A stretch of 64,000 bases of DNA from Acidimicrobiales bacterium (GTDB lineage Bacteria; Actinomycetota; Acidimicrobiia; Acidimicrobiales; SZUA-35), in contig JBKDZN010000219.1 of NCBI GenBank assembly GCA_047971245.1, positions 3,616-67,615 on the forward strand, read 5' to 3'. The notes beneath the pieces were generated by a model. The model worked only from the letters and a program-made list of their open reading frames with translations. It had not been told where the DNA came from and searched no databases. Numbering within the stretch: position 1 is the first letter of the stretch; every line of letters starts with the position of its first letter. Position numbers and translations under genes: made by a program. Below are positions 18,626-27,967 of this stretch, in pieces.

Positions 18626-18700
18626 CAACTCAGCCCCGGGGCTGGTGCCCCCGCCCGCGGGGTGACCACAATGGCGCCATGGATTCGACGGCACCGCGTC

Positions 18701-19999
18701 ATGGCTGAGGACCACACCTGGGGATTCCGGACCCGGGCCCTGCACGCCGGCGGCCGTCCGGACCCGACCACGGGCGCCCGGGCCGTGCCCATCTACCAGT
18801 CGACCAGCTTCGTGTTCGAGGACACCGACGACGCCGCCGACCTCTTCGCCCTCCAGAAGTACGGGACGATCTACAGCCGGATCTCCAATCCGACCACGGC
18901 CGCGTTCGAGGAGCGCATGGCCAGCCTGGAGGGCGGCATCGGGGCCGTGGCCACCGCCAGCGGCCAGGCCGCGGAGTTCCTGGCCATCACCACCCTGGCC
19001 GGGGCCGGCGATCATGTGGTGGCGGCCGCCGGGCTCTACGGGGGCACCACGACCCTGCTGGCCACCACGCTGGCCCGGTTGGGCATCACCACCACGTTCG
19101 TGGACAACAGCGACCTCGACGCCTTCGCCGCCGCGGTGACCGACCGGACCAAGCTGCTGTACACCGAGATCATCGGCAACCCGTCCGGGGCCGTGGCCGA
19201 TCTGGCCGCCCTGGCCGCGATCGCCCACGGCCACGGCGTACCGCTGGTGGTGGACGCCACCTTCGCCACCCCGTACCTGTGCCGACCCATCGAGCACGGG
19301 GCCGACATCGTGCTGCACTCGGCCACCAAGTTCATCGGTGGTCACGGCACCAGCATCGGCGGGGTGATCGTGGAGGCGGGGACCTTCGACTGGGCCGCCT
19401 CGGGCCGGTTCCCCCGGTTCACCGAGCCGGTGCCGACCTACGCCGGCCTTCGCTGGCAGGACAACTTCGGGGAGTACGCGTTCTGCACCGCCCTGCGTTC
19501 CGAGCAGTTGCGCGATGTGGGCGCCTGCCTGTCACCGTTCAACGCCTTCCTCCTGCTGCAAGGGCTGGAGACCCTGCCCCAGCGGATGGACGGGCACGTG
19601 GCCAACGCCCGGGCGGTGGCGGCCTGGCTGGCCGGCGACGAACGGGTGGCCTGGGTGGCCTACGCCGACCTTCCCGAGTCGCCCTATCACGAGCTGGCCC
19701 GCCGCTACCTGCCCCGGGGTCCGGGGGCCATCTTCACCTTCGGGGTGAAGGGGGGACGCAAGGCCGGACAACGCTTCATCGAGAACCTCCGGATGATCAG
19801 CCATCTGGCCAACGTGGGCGACGCCAGGACGCTGGTGATCCACCCGGCCTCGACCACCCACCAACAGCTCTCCGACGAGCAGCTCACCGCGGCCGGCGTC
19901 GGTCCCGACATGATCCGGTTGTCGGTGGGCCTGGAGGACCTCGAGGACATCTGTTGGGACCTCGACCAGGCCCTGACCGCAGCCCAGGAGCTCGCATGA
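18701..19999 (+). CDS. metY: O-acetylhomoserine aminocarboxypropyltransferase / sulfhydrylase (PLP)
   Basis: [22 protein letters not shown] and [10 protein letters not shown] (PLP Lys). ATG 18701 preferred over the ORF start 18662. Confidence 0.85.
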   Translation: MAEDHTWGFRTRALHAGGRPDPTTGARAVPIYQSTSFVFEDTDDAADLFALQKYGTIYSRISNPTTAAFEERMASLEGGIGAVATASGQAAEFLAITTLAGAGDHVVAAAGLYGGTTTLLATTLARLGITTTFVDNSDLDAFAAAVTDRTKLLYTEIIGNPSGAVADLAALAAIAHGHGVPLVVDATFATPYLCRPIEHGADIVLHSATKFIGGHGTSIGGVIVEAGTFDWAASGRFPRFTEPVPTYAGLRWQDNFGEYAFCTALRSEQLRDVGACLSPFNAFLLLQGLETLPQRMDGHVANARAVAAWLAGDERVAWVAYADLPESPYHELARRYLPRGPGAIFTFGVKGGRKAGQRFIENLRMISHLANVGDARTLVIHPASTTHQQLSDEQLTAAGVGPDMIRLSVGLEDLEDICWDLDQALTAAQELA

Positions 20000-20493
20000 C
20001 CCCGCCCGGCACGGATTCGACCAGCCCGCTCGTGCTCCGCTCGGCCGGAGACCGCAAGGTCCTGCTCGACCGGACCCGGAGCATCGCCATCGTCGGCGCC
20101 TCCGCCAATCCGGCCCGGGCCTCGAACTTCGTGATCACCTACCTGAAGTCGTCGACGTGTGACTTCACCCTGTACCCGGTCAACCCGACCGAGCGCGAGA
20201 TCCTGGGTCTGGCGTGCTACCCGTCCCTGTTCGACCTGCCTGAGCCGCCCGACATGGTCGACGTGTTCCGCCGGCCCGACGACTGCCCCCAGGTGGCCCG
20301 GGACGCAGTGGCCGTCGGCGCGTCGTCGCTGTGGCTGCAGCTCGGCATCGTCAGCGACGAGGCGGCCGCCATTGCCGCCGCCGGTGGCCTCCAGGTGGTC
20401 TTGGACCGTTGTGTCAAGATCGAGCACGCCCGGTTCGCCGGCGGGCTCCACCTCGCCGGTTTCGACACCGGCGTCATCGATTCGAGGAGGTAG
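19996..20493 (+). CDS. CoA-binding domain protein (YccU/YneT-like)
   Basis: ATGA overlap with metY. SIAIVGASANPARASN and VDVFRRP motifs. Confidence 0.75.
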   Translation: MTPPGTDSTSPLVLRSAGDRKVLLDRTRSIAIVGASANPARASNFVITYLKSSTCDFTLYPVNPTEREILGLACYPSLFDLPEPPDMVDVFRRPDDCPQVARDAVAVGASSLWLQLGIVSDEAAAIAAAGGLQVVLDRCVKIEHARFAGGLHLAGFDTGVIDSRR

Positions 20494-20498
20494 GGACG

Positions 20499-21239
20499 AT
20501 GGATCTGGGGTTGCAGGGGAAGCGGGCCGTGGTGGCGGCGTCGTCGTCGGGCCTCGGCCTGGCGTGCGCCCAGGCCCTGGCGGCCGAGGGGGTGACGGTG
20601 GCCATGGGCTCGCGGGACGAGGACCGGATCGAGGCCGCCGCCTCCGGGATCGACGGCGCCATTCCCCTCGTGGGGGATGTCTCGACCGTGGAGGGCGCCA
20701 CCGCGTTCACCACGGCCGCGGTCGAGGCGCTGGGCGGGGTCGACATCCTGATCGCCAACGCCGGCGGGCCGCCGCCGGGTACGTTCGCCTCCACCCCCCT
20801 CGAGGCCTACCCCGACGCCCTCGCCCTGAACCTGTTGTCGACCGTGGCCATGTGCGAGGTGACGGTACCGGCGATGCAGGAACAGGGGTGGGGCCGGGTG
20901 GTGGCCATCACCTCGGTGTCGGTCCGTCAACCGATCTCCAACCTGATCCTGTCGAACACGGCCCGGGCCGGCCTGACCGGCTTCCTGAAGACCCTGGCCC
21001 TCGAGGTGGCGGGCGACGGGGTGACCGTCAACTCGGTCCAACCCGGCTCCCACGCCACTCCCCGCCTGGGCAAGATCCCCGGCGCCCTGACCGAGCGGGC
21101 GGCGGGCGTGCCGGCCGGACGGATCGGGGCGCCGGAGGACTTCGGCCGGGTGGCGACCTTCCTGTGTTCCGAACCGGCCAACTACATCACCGGGGTCGCT
21201 CTCAACGTCGACGGTGGTAGCTATGGCGGCCTCCAGTAG
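20499..21239 (+). CDS. SDR family oxidoreductase
   Basis: GGAGG SD upstream. AASSSGLGLA (TGxxxGxG-like), NAGG and a Rossmann layout. Confidence 0.8.
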   Translation: MDLGLQGKRAVVAASSSGLGLACAQALAAEGVTVAMGSRDEDRIEAAASGIDGAIPLVGDVSTVEGATAFTTAAVEALGGVDILIANAGGPPPGTFASTPLEAYPDALALNLLSTVAMCEVTVPAMQEQGWGRVVAITSVSVRQPISNLILSNTARAGLTGFLKTLALEVAGDGVTVNSVQPGSHATPRLGKIPGALTERAAGVPAGRIGAPEDFGRVATFLCSEPANYITGVALNVDGGSYGGLQ

Positions 21240-21253
21240 GTACACATGAGCCG

Positions 21254-21577
21254 ATGGCGTTGTCCCGTGGTGCTCGAACCCGATCCGTTCTGATCGCCGC
21301 CGTGGCGATGGTGGCCCTGTCGGCCTCGGCCTGCACCAGTGGGCCGGGGAGCGAGCAGGATCTCGTCGACGCCCTCACCCGGGACGACGGGTTCGACCAG
21401 GCCCAGGCGGAGTGCATCGCCCACGCGGTGTTCAACGAGTACGGCGAGAACGAGGACGCCCTCAAGGCGATCTCCTCGGCCCCGGACATGGCCTCGCTCG
21501 ACACCCCCGACGGGGTGCCCGGCTTCGGCGCCTTCTTCGACCAGACCGTCCAGACCTGCGGCGGCTCGCTCCAGTAG
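21254..21577 (+). CDS. small putative lipoprotein, unknown function
   Basis: Signal peptide plus lipobox-like LSASAC. Acidic mature part with 2 further Cys. Confidence 0.5.
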   Translation: MALSRGARTRSVLIAAVAMVALSASACTSGPGSEQDLVDALTRDDGFDQAQAECIAHAVFNEYGENEDALKAISSAPDMASLDTPDGVPGFGAFFDQTVQTCGGSLQ

Positions 21578-21638
21578 GGGGCCGGCGGGCCGCGGCCCAC
21601 GGACGCACCGGCTCGCTGCCGGGTGCCATGATGAGCCG

Positions 21639-22325
21639 ATGGCGGCGCCGGTCACGAACCCTCCTCCCCCGATCCGGTGGATCGACCTGGCCACGCTGGG
21701 GTTCACCTACTTCGTCGTCGGGGTCACCGTCAGCGTGGCCCTGGTCGAGCGGGGAACCCCGCCGCTGAACATCGCCGGGGCCGCCCTGATCGTGTACAGC
21801 GCGACCAGTGAGCTGGCCTACATCGCCGTGCGGGACACCGGCGGTGGCACCGTGGCCGGTGTCCTCAGCGGTTGGCTGGTGGCCAGCCGCTTCGGCCTGC
21901 TCTGCGTGAGTCTGGGGGCCAGGCTCCCCGGCGGTCGGAGTGAACGGGCGCTGGCCGCCCTGATGGCCGTCGACCCGTCGGTTGCCCTGGCGGTGCAGCA
22001 GACCGATCCGGGCCGGGTGCGCCGGGTGTACTGGCGGGCGTCGGTGGTGCTGATGGCCGGCTGGCTGGCCGGTAACGCGGTCGGGGTCGGCCTCGGCAAC
22101 ATCATGTCCGATGCCGACCGCTGGGGACTGGACGTGGTGTTCCCCGCCGCCCTGCTGGCCATCATCGGGAACCGGCTACGACACCGGGACGGCCTCACCG
22201 CGGCCCTGGTCGGAGCGGGGGTGTGCCTCGCGTTGCTGCCGGTGGCCCCGGGTGGGGTACCGATTCTCGCCAGTGCGCTCGGCGCCGGTGCCGGCCTCGT
22301 CGCCGCGAGGACGGCGGCCCGATGA
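21639..22325 (+). CDS. azlC: AzlC family branched-chain amino acid exporter subunit
   Basis: Polytopic membrane protein followed by an overlapping azlD-like gene. Start codon uncertain. Confidence 0.7.
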   Translation: MAAPVTNPPPPIRWIDLATLGFTYFVVGVTVSVALVERGTPPLNIAGAALIVYSATSELAYIAVRDTGGGTVAGVLSGWLVASRFGLLCVSLGARLPGGRSERALAALMAVDPSVALAVQQTDPGRVRRVYWRASVVLMAGWLAGNAVGVGLGNIMSDADRWGLDVVFPAALLAIIGNRLRHRDGLTAALVGAGVCLALLPVAPGGVPILASALGAGAGLVAARTAAR

Positions 22326-22624
22326 GCTGGCTGGTCATCATCAGTCTGGCGGTGGGCACCTGGGCCCAGCGGCTGCTCGGCATGTTCGGTGCCGGCGCGG
22401 TCATCGCCCGCCACCGGGGCCTGGCCCTCCTGGCCGACCTGCTCCCGGTGGCCATCATCGCCGCGGTGATCGCCCAGCTGACCCTGGCCAGGGGTCGAAC
22501 CCTGGTTGTCGACGACCGGCTGCTGGGCCTGGCGGTGGCCGGGGTGCTGGTCTGGCGGCGGGCGCCACTGGTCGTGGTCGTCGTGGCCGCCGCGGCCGTT
22601 ACCGCCCTGGCCCGCTCGTGGTAG
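22322..22624 (+). CDS. azlD: AzlD family branched-chain amino acid exporter subunit
   Basis: 100 aa, 3-4 TM helices. ATGA overlap with azlC. Confidence 0.7.
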   Translation: MSWLVIISLAVGTWAQRLLGMFGAGAVIARHRGLALLADLLPVAIIAAVIAQLTLARGRTLVVDDRLLGLAVAGVLVWRRAPLVVVVVAAAAVTALARSW

Positions 22625-22843
22625 CCCCGCACCAGTCGGGCCGGGGGCGATTCGGACACGGAGTGCCGGCTTCCGACAACGGAACCCGCCGCTGCACCTC
22701 TGCCCGTCCCAACGATGATCTCACGGACCGACAGACGCTCACGGCGGGCGTCACCTGGACCTTCGCCGTCACCGGCGCTCCGTGTCCAGCTCGACCAGCT
22801 TCCCGTACGACCATCCGGTTGTGAAGTAGTATCTTTCAAACGA

Positions 22844-22866
22844 ACTGTTCGATGAGATCGAACAGT
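22844..22866. promoter_or_regulatory. 9-bp perfect inverted repeat in an AT-richer patch upstream of a LysR gene
   Basis: ACTGTTCGA-tgaga-TCGAACAGT. The left part also forms the palindrome CGAAC-T-GTTCG. Confidence 0.4.
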
Positions 22867-22867
22867 A

Positions 22868-22970
22868 AGGACAGGGTCAGTGAGGACAGGGTGAGTGAGG
22901 ACAGGATCTAGGGACGCCAGGGTGAGTGAGGACAGCGTGAGTGAGAACAGGGTGGTGAGGACAGGGTGAA
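22868..22970. repeat. 15-bp tandem repeat array (about 6 units, consensus AGGACAGGGTGAGTG)
   Basis: Units read directly from the sequence. The third unit carries a ~16-bp insertion. The last unit contains the GTG start of the LysR gene. Confidence 0.85.
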
Positions 22971-23883
22971 TCTCCGTGAGGCGCGGGCGGTGCATGCACT
23001 CTACGAGAGCCGCCATTTCGGCCGCGCCGCCGCGGCCACGCACGTGACCACGCCCACCCTGTCCCACACGATCGCCCAGCTCGAACGCCGGCTCGGCTTC
23101 CGATTGTTCGACCGGACGACCCGAACGGTCGTCCCGACCGCCGAGGGGGAGGCCCTCCTCCCGGCGATCGAGGCCTTCCTCGATGCCCACGAGCACCTCG
23201 AGTGCCGGGCCATCACCCTGGCGAGTTCACCGATCGTGCGGGTGGGCACCTTCTACGGGCGGGGGGCCGAATTCGTGGCCGAGGTGGCCACCGCCGGTGT
23301 GTGCTCCGCCAGCGTCCGGCACTACGAATGGAGCGACCCCACCTGTGGCCTGGCCGACGGCGAGGTCGATGCCGCCATCCTCGCCGGGCCGCTGACCATC
23401 GATCCCCAGCTCACCCGGATCCGGTTGTGGACCGAGGATCGGGTTGCCGTCCTGGCCAGCCACCACCACCTCAACCAGGAGTCGTCCCTGGTGCTGGCCC
23501 AGGTCGACGACGCCGGCTGGGTCCGGATGGACGCCACCGACGCCGTCTGGCATCGCTTCTGGCGGCTCGACCATGTGCGGGGCGGCCGACCCCCCGAGCT
23601 CGGGCCACCGCAGGAATCGGCCACCGGTCTCATGTCCGCCGTGCGGAGCGGGGACGGGGTGATCATCGCCACCCGTTCCTACGCCCGGATATTCTCCGAC
23701 CAGGGTCTGGTCACGATCCCGGTGATCGACGTCCCGCCCGTCGAGATCGACCTGGCCTACGTCACCGACCGATGCCGGGAACCCCAACGCGGGCTCATCG
23801 ACCGGATCGGCTCCTGGCAACGCCACGACAACGCCGGCTGCCCCTGGCCCGCACACGACGCCGACACCACCATCAGCACCTGA
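22966..23883 (+). CDS. LysR family transcriptional regulator
   Basis: N-terminal wHTH (FGRAAAATHVTTPTLSHTIAQLERRLGFRLFDR) plus a substrate-binding domain. Confidence 0.85.
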   Translation: MNLREARAVHALYESRHFGRAAAATHVTTPTLSHTIAQLERRLGFRLFDRTTRTVVPTAEGEALLPAIEAFLDAHEHLECRAITLASSPIVRVGTFYGRGAEFVAEVATAGVCSASVRHYEWSDPTCGLADGEVDAAILAGPLTIDPQLTRIRLWTEDRVAVLASHHHLNQESSLVLAQVDDAGWVRMDATDAVWHRFWRLDHVRGGRPPELGPPQESATGLMSAVRSGDGVIIATRSYARIFSDQGLVTIPVIDVPPVEIDLAYVTDRCREPQRGLIDRIGSWQRHDNAGCPWPAHDADTTIST

Positions 23884-23896
23884 ACCGCCGACCGAG

Positions 23897-25099
23897 GTGC
23901 CACCCGTGGCCACCAGCCCGAAACCAACCGTCGCCTCCCAGTCCTCCATACGGGAAACCAATCTCGCGGCCGTGCTGCGGAGTGTCGTCGCCGCGGACGC
24001 ACCACTGTCACGAGCCGGCATCGCAGCGGCGACCTCCCTCACCCGTTCCACCGTCTCCCGCCTGGTCGACGATCTCATCTGTGCCGGGATGCTCCGCGAG
24101 GACCGCCCGCCCGATACCCCCGGTCGGGGGCGGCCCGGGATCCCCCTCGTCCTCGACGACCGGCTGGTCGGCCTCGGCCTGGAGCTGAACGTCAGCTACC
24201 TCGCGGTGACGGCGATCACCCTCTCCGGACGCCTCCTGGCCCACCGGACCGTCCGCCGCCAGTTGATGGGCGCGGACCCTGCGCCCACCCTGGCCGAGCT
24301 GGCCACCCTGGCCGAGCTGGTGCGGGCCGAGATCCCCGCCGGTCACCGGGTCGTCGGCGCCGGTCTGGCGGTACCGGGCATCCTCGACCGGGCCCGCCAC
24401 ACGGTGCTGCGCGCCCCGAATCTCGGATGGTCCGAAGTCCCCCTCCATCCCCTCGAGGCCCGGCTGGATCTACCGACACCCCTGCTCGTGGCCAACGGGG
24501 CCGACCTGGCCGCAGTCACCGTGGCCCAGGCCGCGCCCGGACGATCGAGCGGTCTCACCGATTTCCTCTTCCTGTTCGGGCAGATCGGTATCGGGGGTGC
24601 GGCGGTCGTGAACGGCGAGCTGCTCACCGGCCGACACGGCTGGGCCGGAGAGGTCGGCCATGTCACCGTCGATCCCAATGGTCCGGCGTGCCGCTGCGGT
24701 TCCACCGGCTGCCTGGAGCAGTTCGCCGGTCAGGTCGCCCTGCTCGAGGCGGCCGGCCTCCCCCTCGACACCGCCCCCGACGAGGTGTTGGCGTTGACCC
24801 GGACCGATTCGCGGGTCCTCGCCGCGGTCGAACACGCCGGTTGGGCGCTCGGGGTGGCGGTGGCCAGCACCATCAATGTGCTGGATCTGCCGGTGGTGGT
24901 CATCGGCGGCCACCTCGGGGAGATCGGCCCGGCGCTCCGCGGACCGATGCTGGAGCAGCTGCGGCAACGCACCCTGTGGGCCCCGTGGGTGGAGCCCGAG
25001 GTGCTGGTGACCTCGGGCGAGGTTCCCGCGGCGGCGCTGGGGGCGGCGTTCCGTCCCCTCAACGAGACCCTGGCCGCTCCCGCCCGACACCTCGGCTGA
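23897..25099 (+). CDS. ROK family transcriptional regulator / sugar kinase-like
   Basis: N-terminal wHTH (SRAGIAAATSLTRSTVSRLVDDL). ROK zinc motif GHVTVDPNGPACRCGSTGCLE. Confidence 0.85.
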   Translation: MPPVATSPKPTVASQSSIRETNLAAVLRSVVAADAPLSRAGIAAATSLTRSTVSRLVDDLICAGMLREDRPPDTPGRGRPGIPLVLDDRLVGLGLELNVSYLAVTAITLSGRLLAHRTVRRQLMGADPAPTLAELATLAELVRAEIPAGHRVVGAGLAVPGILDRARHTVLRAPNLGWSEVPLHPLEARLDLPTPLLVANGADLAAVTVAQAAPGRSSGLTDFLFLFGQIGIGGAAVVNGELLTGRHGWAGEVGHVTVDPNGPACRCGSTGCLEQFAGQVALLEAAGLPLDTAPDEVLALTRTDSRVLAAVEHAGWALGVAVASTINVLDLPVVVIGGHLGEIGPALRGPMLEQLRQRTLWAPWVEPEVLVTSGEVPAAALGAAFRPLNETLAAPARHLG

Positions 25100-25138
25100 C
25101 CACCGACCCGCCCGTCAAGTTCGCGGCCCGATCGGCCG

Positions 25139-25588
25139 ATGATGCGGGGCGTGAGTGATCAGCTGTTCAGCCCCGTCGTGGACGCTGGCAGCAACACGGG
25201 TACAACCGATAGGAGCGGGACCGATACCGCCCGTTCACCGAACCCGCCTCCCGACCCGGCCCTGGAGCGGCGGGGCCGACGATGGCTGTTGTGGTCGTTC
25301 GTGTTCTGCCCCTGTCACCTGCCGCTCACCATGGCCGTGCTGGCCTTCCTGTTCGGCGGCACCGCGTTCGGGGCCCTCATCGCCGGGAACCGGGCTGCGG
25401 TGGGCATCGTGTTCGGGTTGCTGTATGCGGCCGGCGTGGCGGTGGGGTTCCGCCACCTGCGCCGGGCCCGAGCCGGCTACGACTGCTCTGGCGGGGCCTG
25501 CACCCTCCCGGTCGGTGAACCGGCGATGGTCGGTGGTTCGGCCGGGGCCTCGCCGTCGGCCAACGACCCCGACCCGGCCCGTCGATGA
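25139..25588 (+). CDS. MerE-like two-TM membrane protein (CPCHLP motif) with extended termini
   Basis: The core LLWSFVFCPCHLPLTMAVLAFLFGG...FGLLYAAGVAVGFRHLRRAR matches my recollection of MerE (LTCPCHLP, 2 TM). An extra C-terminal CSGGAC is present. Start uncertain. Confidence 0.5.
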   Translation: MMRGVSDQLFSPVVDAGSNTGTTDRSGTDTARSPNPPPDPALERRGRRWLLWSFVFCPCHLPLTMAVLAFLFGGTAFGALIAGNRAAVGIVFGLLYAAGVAVGFRHLRRARAGYDCSGGACTLPVGEPAMVGGSAGASPSANDPDPARR

Positions 25589-25645
25589 ACACCGATCGAC
25601 CCGTCCGACCCGACCGGGAACCGGGCCCGTTGCTACCGTGACCCC

Positions 25646-26014
25646 ATGCGGGTGCAGGCCCTCGACCACATCGTGCTCAACTGTGCCGACGTCGAGGCGT
25701 CCCTGGCCTGGTACACCGAGCGGATCGGCCTGGCTGGCGATCGGGTCGAGGAATGGCGCGCCGGGGAGGTTCCGTTCCCGTCGGTCCGGATCAACGACCA
25801 CGCCCTGATCGACCTCTTCGACGGTCCGGGCGGAGGCACCAATCTCAACCACTTCTGCCTGGTCGTGACCAGGGCCGACGTCGATCGGGTCGTCGCCGAT
25901 CCCGCGTTCGACGTCGTGGACGGGCCGGGGGAACGCTATGGCGCCCGCGGCCAGGGCTGGTCGGTGTACGTCCGTGACCCGGACGGCAATATCGTCGAGC
26001 TCCGCAGCTACTGA
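25646..26014 (+). CDS. VOC/glyoxalase family protein
   Basis: 122 aa with LDHIVLNC, HFCLVV and VYVRDPDGNIVEL. Confidence 0.8.
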   Translation: MRVQALDHIVLNCADVEASLAWYTERIGLAGDRVEEWRAGEVPFPSVRINDHALIDLFDGPGGGTNLNHFCLVVTRADVDRVVADPAFDVVDGPGERYGARGQGWSVYVRDPDGNIVELRSY

Positions 26015-26137
26015 CCCGACCGACCCCCACCGTGGGGACCGGCCGATGACCTCGTAGCATCGGCCCATCGATATCGGGAGCCCGCAAAAAAATCGCGCTG
26101 CGCCGCGACGGGATCTCGCCGGCCGATCGTTGACCGA

Positions 26138-26659
26138 GTGATGCCCGTGTGCTCGCTCGACCGACCAGCGACGACCGATCACCGCTTCGCCGAGGCCGAG
26201 GTGGCCGTGTACCGCGAGCTGATCCGGCTCTGCGGGGGGAATCGGGGCCGGGCGGAGGACCTCCGGCAGGACACGTTCGAACGGGCGGCCCGGCACCTGC
26301 AACGCCACCCCGATCGGGAAGTCACCACCGGGTGGTTCATCACGGTGGCCCGCAGCGCCTTCATCGACGACATCCGGCGGGAACGGCGTGAGGTCAGGCT
26401 CCGCGAACGACTGGCCGGTCTGGCCCGCCGGGACACGTCCGAGCCCGACTGGGACCGCGTCGCCGCCGGGCACGCGCTGGCCCTGCTCGGCCGGCTGACC
26501 GACGAACAACGGGCCGCCCTGATCCTGTTCCATCTCCACGGCCTGTCGATCGCCGAGGTCGGCGATGAGCTCGGGCGGAGCGTTCGGGCCACCGAATCAC
26601 TCCTGGTCCGGGCCCGCAAGCGACTCCGCGTTCTGGTGGAGGCCGACCGTGGAGACTGA
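26138..26659 (+). CDS. ECF-type RNA polymerase sigma-70 family factor
   Basis: Region 2 (DLRQDTFERAARHL) and region 4 HTH (LSIAEVGDELGRSVRATESLLVRARKRL). Confidence 0.8.
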   Translation: MMPVCSLDRPATTDHRFAEAEVAVYRELIRLCGGNRGRAEDLRQDTFERAARHLQRHPDREVTTGWFITVARSAFIDDIRRERREVRLRERLAGLARRDTSEPDWDRVAAGHALALLGRLTDEQRAALILFHLHGLSIAEVGDELGRSVRATESLLVRARKRLRVLVEADRGD

Positions 26660-27872
26660 CCCGACCGGACCCGACCGGGCGGCGGATCCCGAGGCGGACG
26701 CCGCCTTCCGGCGCTTCCTCGAGCGGGCCACCGAGGACCCGTCGGTCCCCCGGCTCCACCCACGGCCCGTCCTCGGCGACGACCGGACCCCCACGCCGGG
26801 GCGTCCGCCATTGAACCGGCGGCTGATGGCCGCGGCCGCGGTGATCCTGATCGCCTCGCTCGCCGTCGCCGCCCTGATGCGACCGTCGGGCACCACCCTG
26901 GTCAGCGAACCGGCCGCCTCCGTCGACCGGACCGGCCCACCACCATCTCCCCCCGACCCGGATGCGACGGTCGGCGGGACCACGGCCACCGAGCCCGTCC
27001 CGCCCGAGGCCGGCGTTCCCGACGCGGCCCCGCCCGATCCCACCCCACCCGGGGCGACGACGCCCGACCCGACCGCCACCGATGCGCCGGCCGCCGATGG
27101 GGCGACCAACTCCACCGGCCCCAGCGGTGGCCCGGCCACCGCGGGCGGGGGCGGGTCCGGATCCACCGCCCCGGCTCCGGACGGGGCGGCCCCGATCTCC
27201 GGGGCCCGACTGTCCCTCGATCTCTCCTCGGTACCCGAGGGCGCGGCCAACGGGAGGACGGTGACGCCGACGGTGGGGCCGTCCCTCACCGTGGAGCGGG
27301 TCGGCGCCGGGACGATCGCTGCCTCCGGCCAGGGCCGGGTCTTCGGCCCCGGCGGGCAACAGCGCTCCGACTACGCCATCGTCACCCGCGTCGGGGCGGA
27401 CGTGGCCGACCTGTTGCCGGCCACCGGCCGAGCCTCGGTCACGTTCACCCCACGGGTCGACGTGCTCGAGCGCAGCGTGCCCACCGGCCGCAACATCCAC
27501 ACCTGGTTCCAGATCGTGTCCGAGGCCGGGCCCGACCAGCTGGTCACCGGCGTCTCCCTCCAGGTCGACCCCGAGATCGGACCGTACCTGAGCGGGGCCA
27601 TCCAGGGCACCGATTGGGAACACACCCTGTCGAGCGCCGAGATCACCGAGCTCTCGGCTGGGAGGCCGGCCACCATCAGCCTGACCTGGGCGTCCGGTCA
27701 GGGACGGGTGCTGCTCAACGGCGGCGTCATGACCTCGTTCCCCCTCGATCCGGCCCCCGTCACCTGGCGATCGAGCGCCCGGATCTCGGTGGGCGGCTCC
27801 GCCACCTGGGGCGCCGGCTACTTCGCCACCCACGACGACGCCATTCGCCGGTTCGAGATCGTCGCCGAGTGA
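26649..27872 (+). CDS. putative anti-sigma factor: single-pass membrane protein with Pro/Thr-rich stalk and extracytoplasmic LamG/ConA-like domain
   Basis: GTG overlaps the sigma gene by 11 nt. One TM helix (LMAAAAVILIASLAVAALM). The C-terminal ~230 aa end in ISVGG...GYFATHDDAIRRFEIV, a LamG-like pattern. No ZAS motif. Confidence 0.55.
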   Translation: METDPTGPDRAADPEADAAFRRFLERATEDPSVPRLHPRPVLGDDRTPTPGRPPLNRRLMAAAAVILIASLAVAALMRPSGTTLVSEPAASVDRTGPPPSPPDPDATVGGTTATEPVPPEAGVPDAAPPDPTPPGATTPDPTATDAPAADGATNSTGPSGGPATAGGGGSGSTAPAPDGAAPISGARLSLDLSSVPEGAANGRTVTPTVGPSLTVERVGAGTIAASGQGRVFGPGGQQRSDYAIVTRVGADVADLLPATGRASVTFTPRVDVLERSVPTGRNIHTWFQIVSEAGPDQLVTGVSLQVDPEIGPYLSGAIQGTDWEHTLSSAEITELSAGRPATISLTWASGQGRVLLNGGVMTSFPLDPAPVTWRSSARISVGGSATWGAGYFATHDDAIRRFEIVAE

Positions 27873-27967
27873 CCGGCCCGGCTTTTCTGCCCGGCGCGAC
27901 GGGATTCGCCCCCCGGCGACGTTGACCCCAACGGGGCACAATCGCCGGTATCGGCGGGAAAGGAACC

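Noticed and set aside
18626-18700. SAM riboswitch upstream of metY. Two GC hairpins are present (CAGCCC-cg-GGGCTG and CCCCGC-cc-GCGGGG).
   Set aside because: The gap is only about 75 nt, and I could not recognise the conserved cores of the SAM-I or SAM-IV classes. The hairpins are more simply the terminator or spacer after the MauE-like gene. A covariance-model scan would settle it.
22599-22814. 71-aa minus-strand ORF in the azlD-LysR gap as a small gene.
   Set aside because: It has no SD, no recognisable motif, and an Arg/Pro-rich composition. The roughly 240-bp gap may instead hold an untranslated leader or sRNA, but I cannot support either from sequence alone.
26101-26140. Autoregulated ECF promoter (GGAAC-N16-CGTT type) upstream of the sigma gene.
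   Set aside because: A CGTT lies near 26128, but there is no convincing -35 at the proper spacing.
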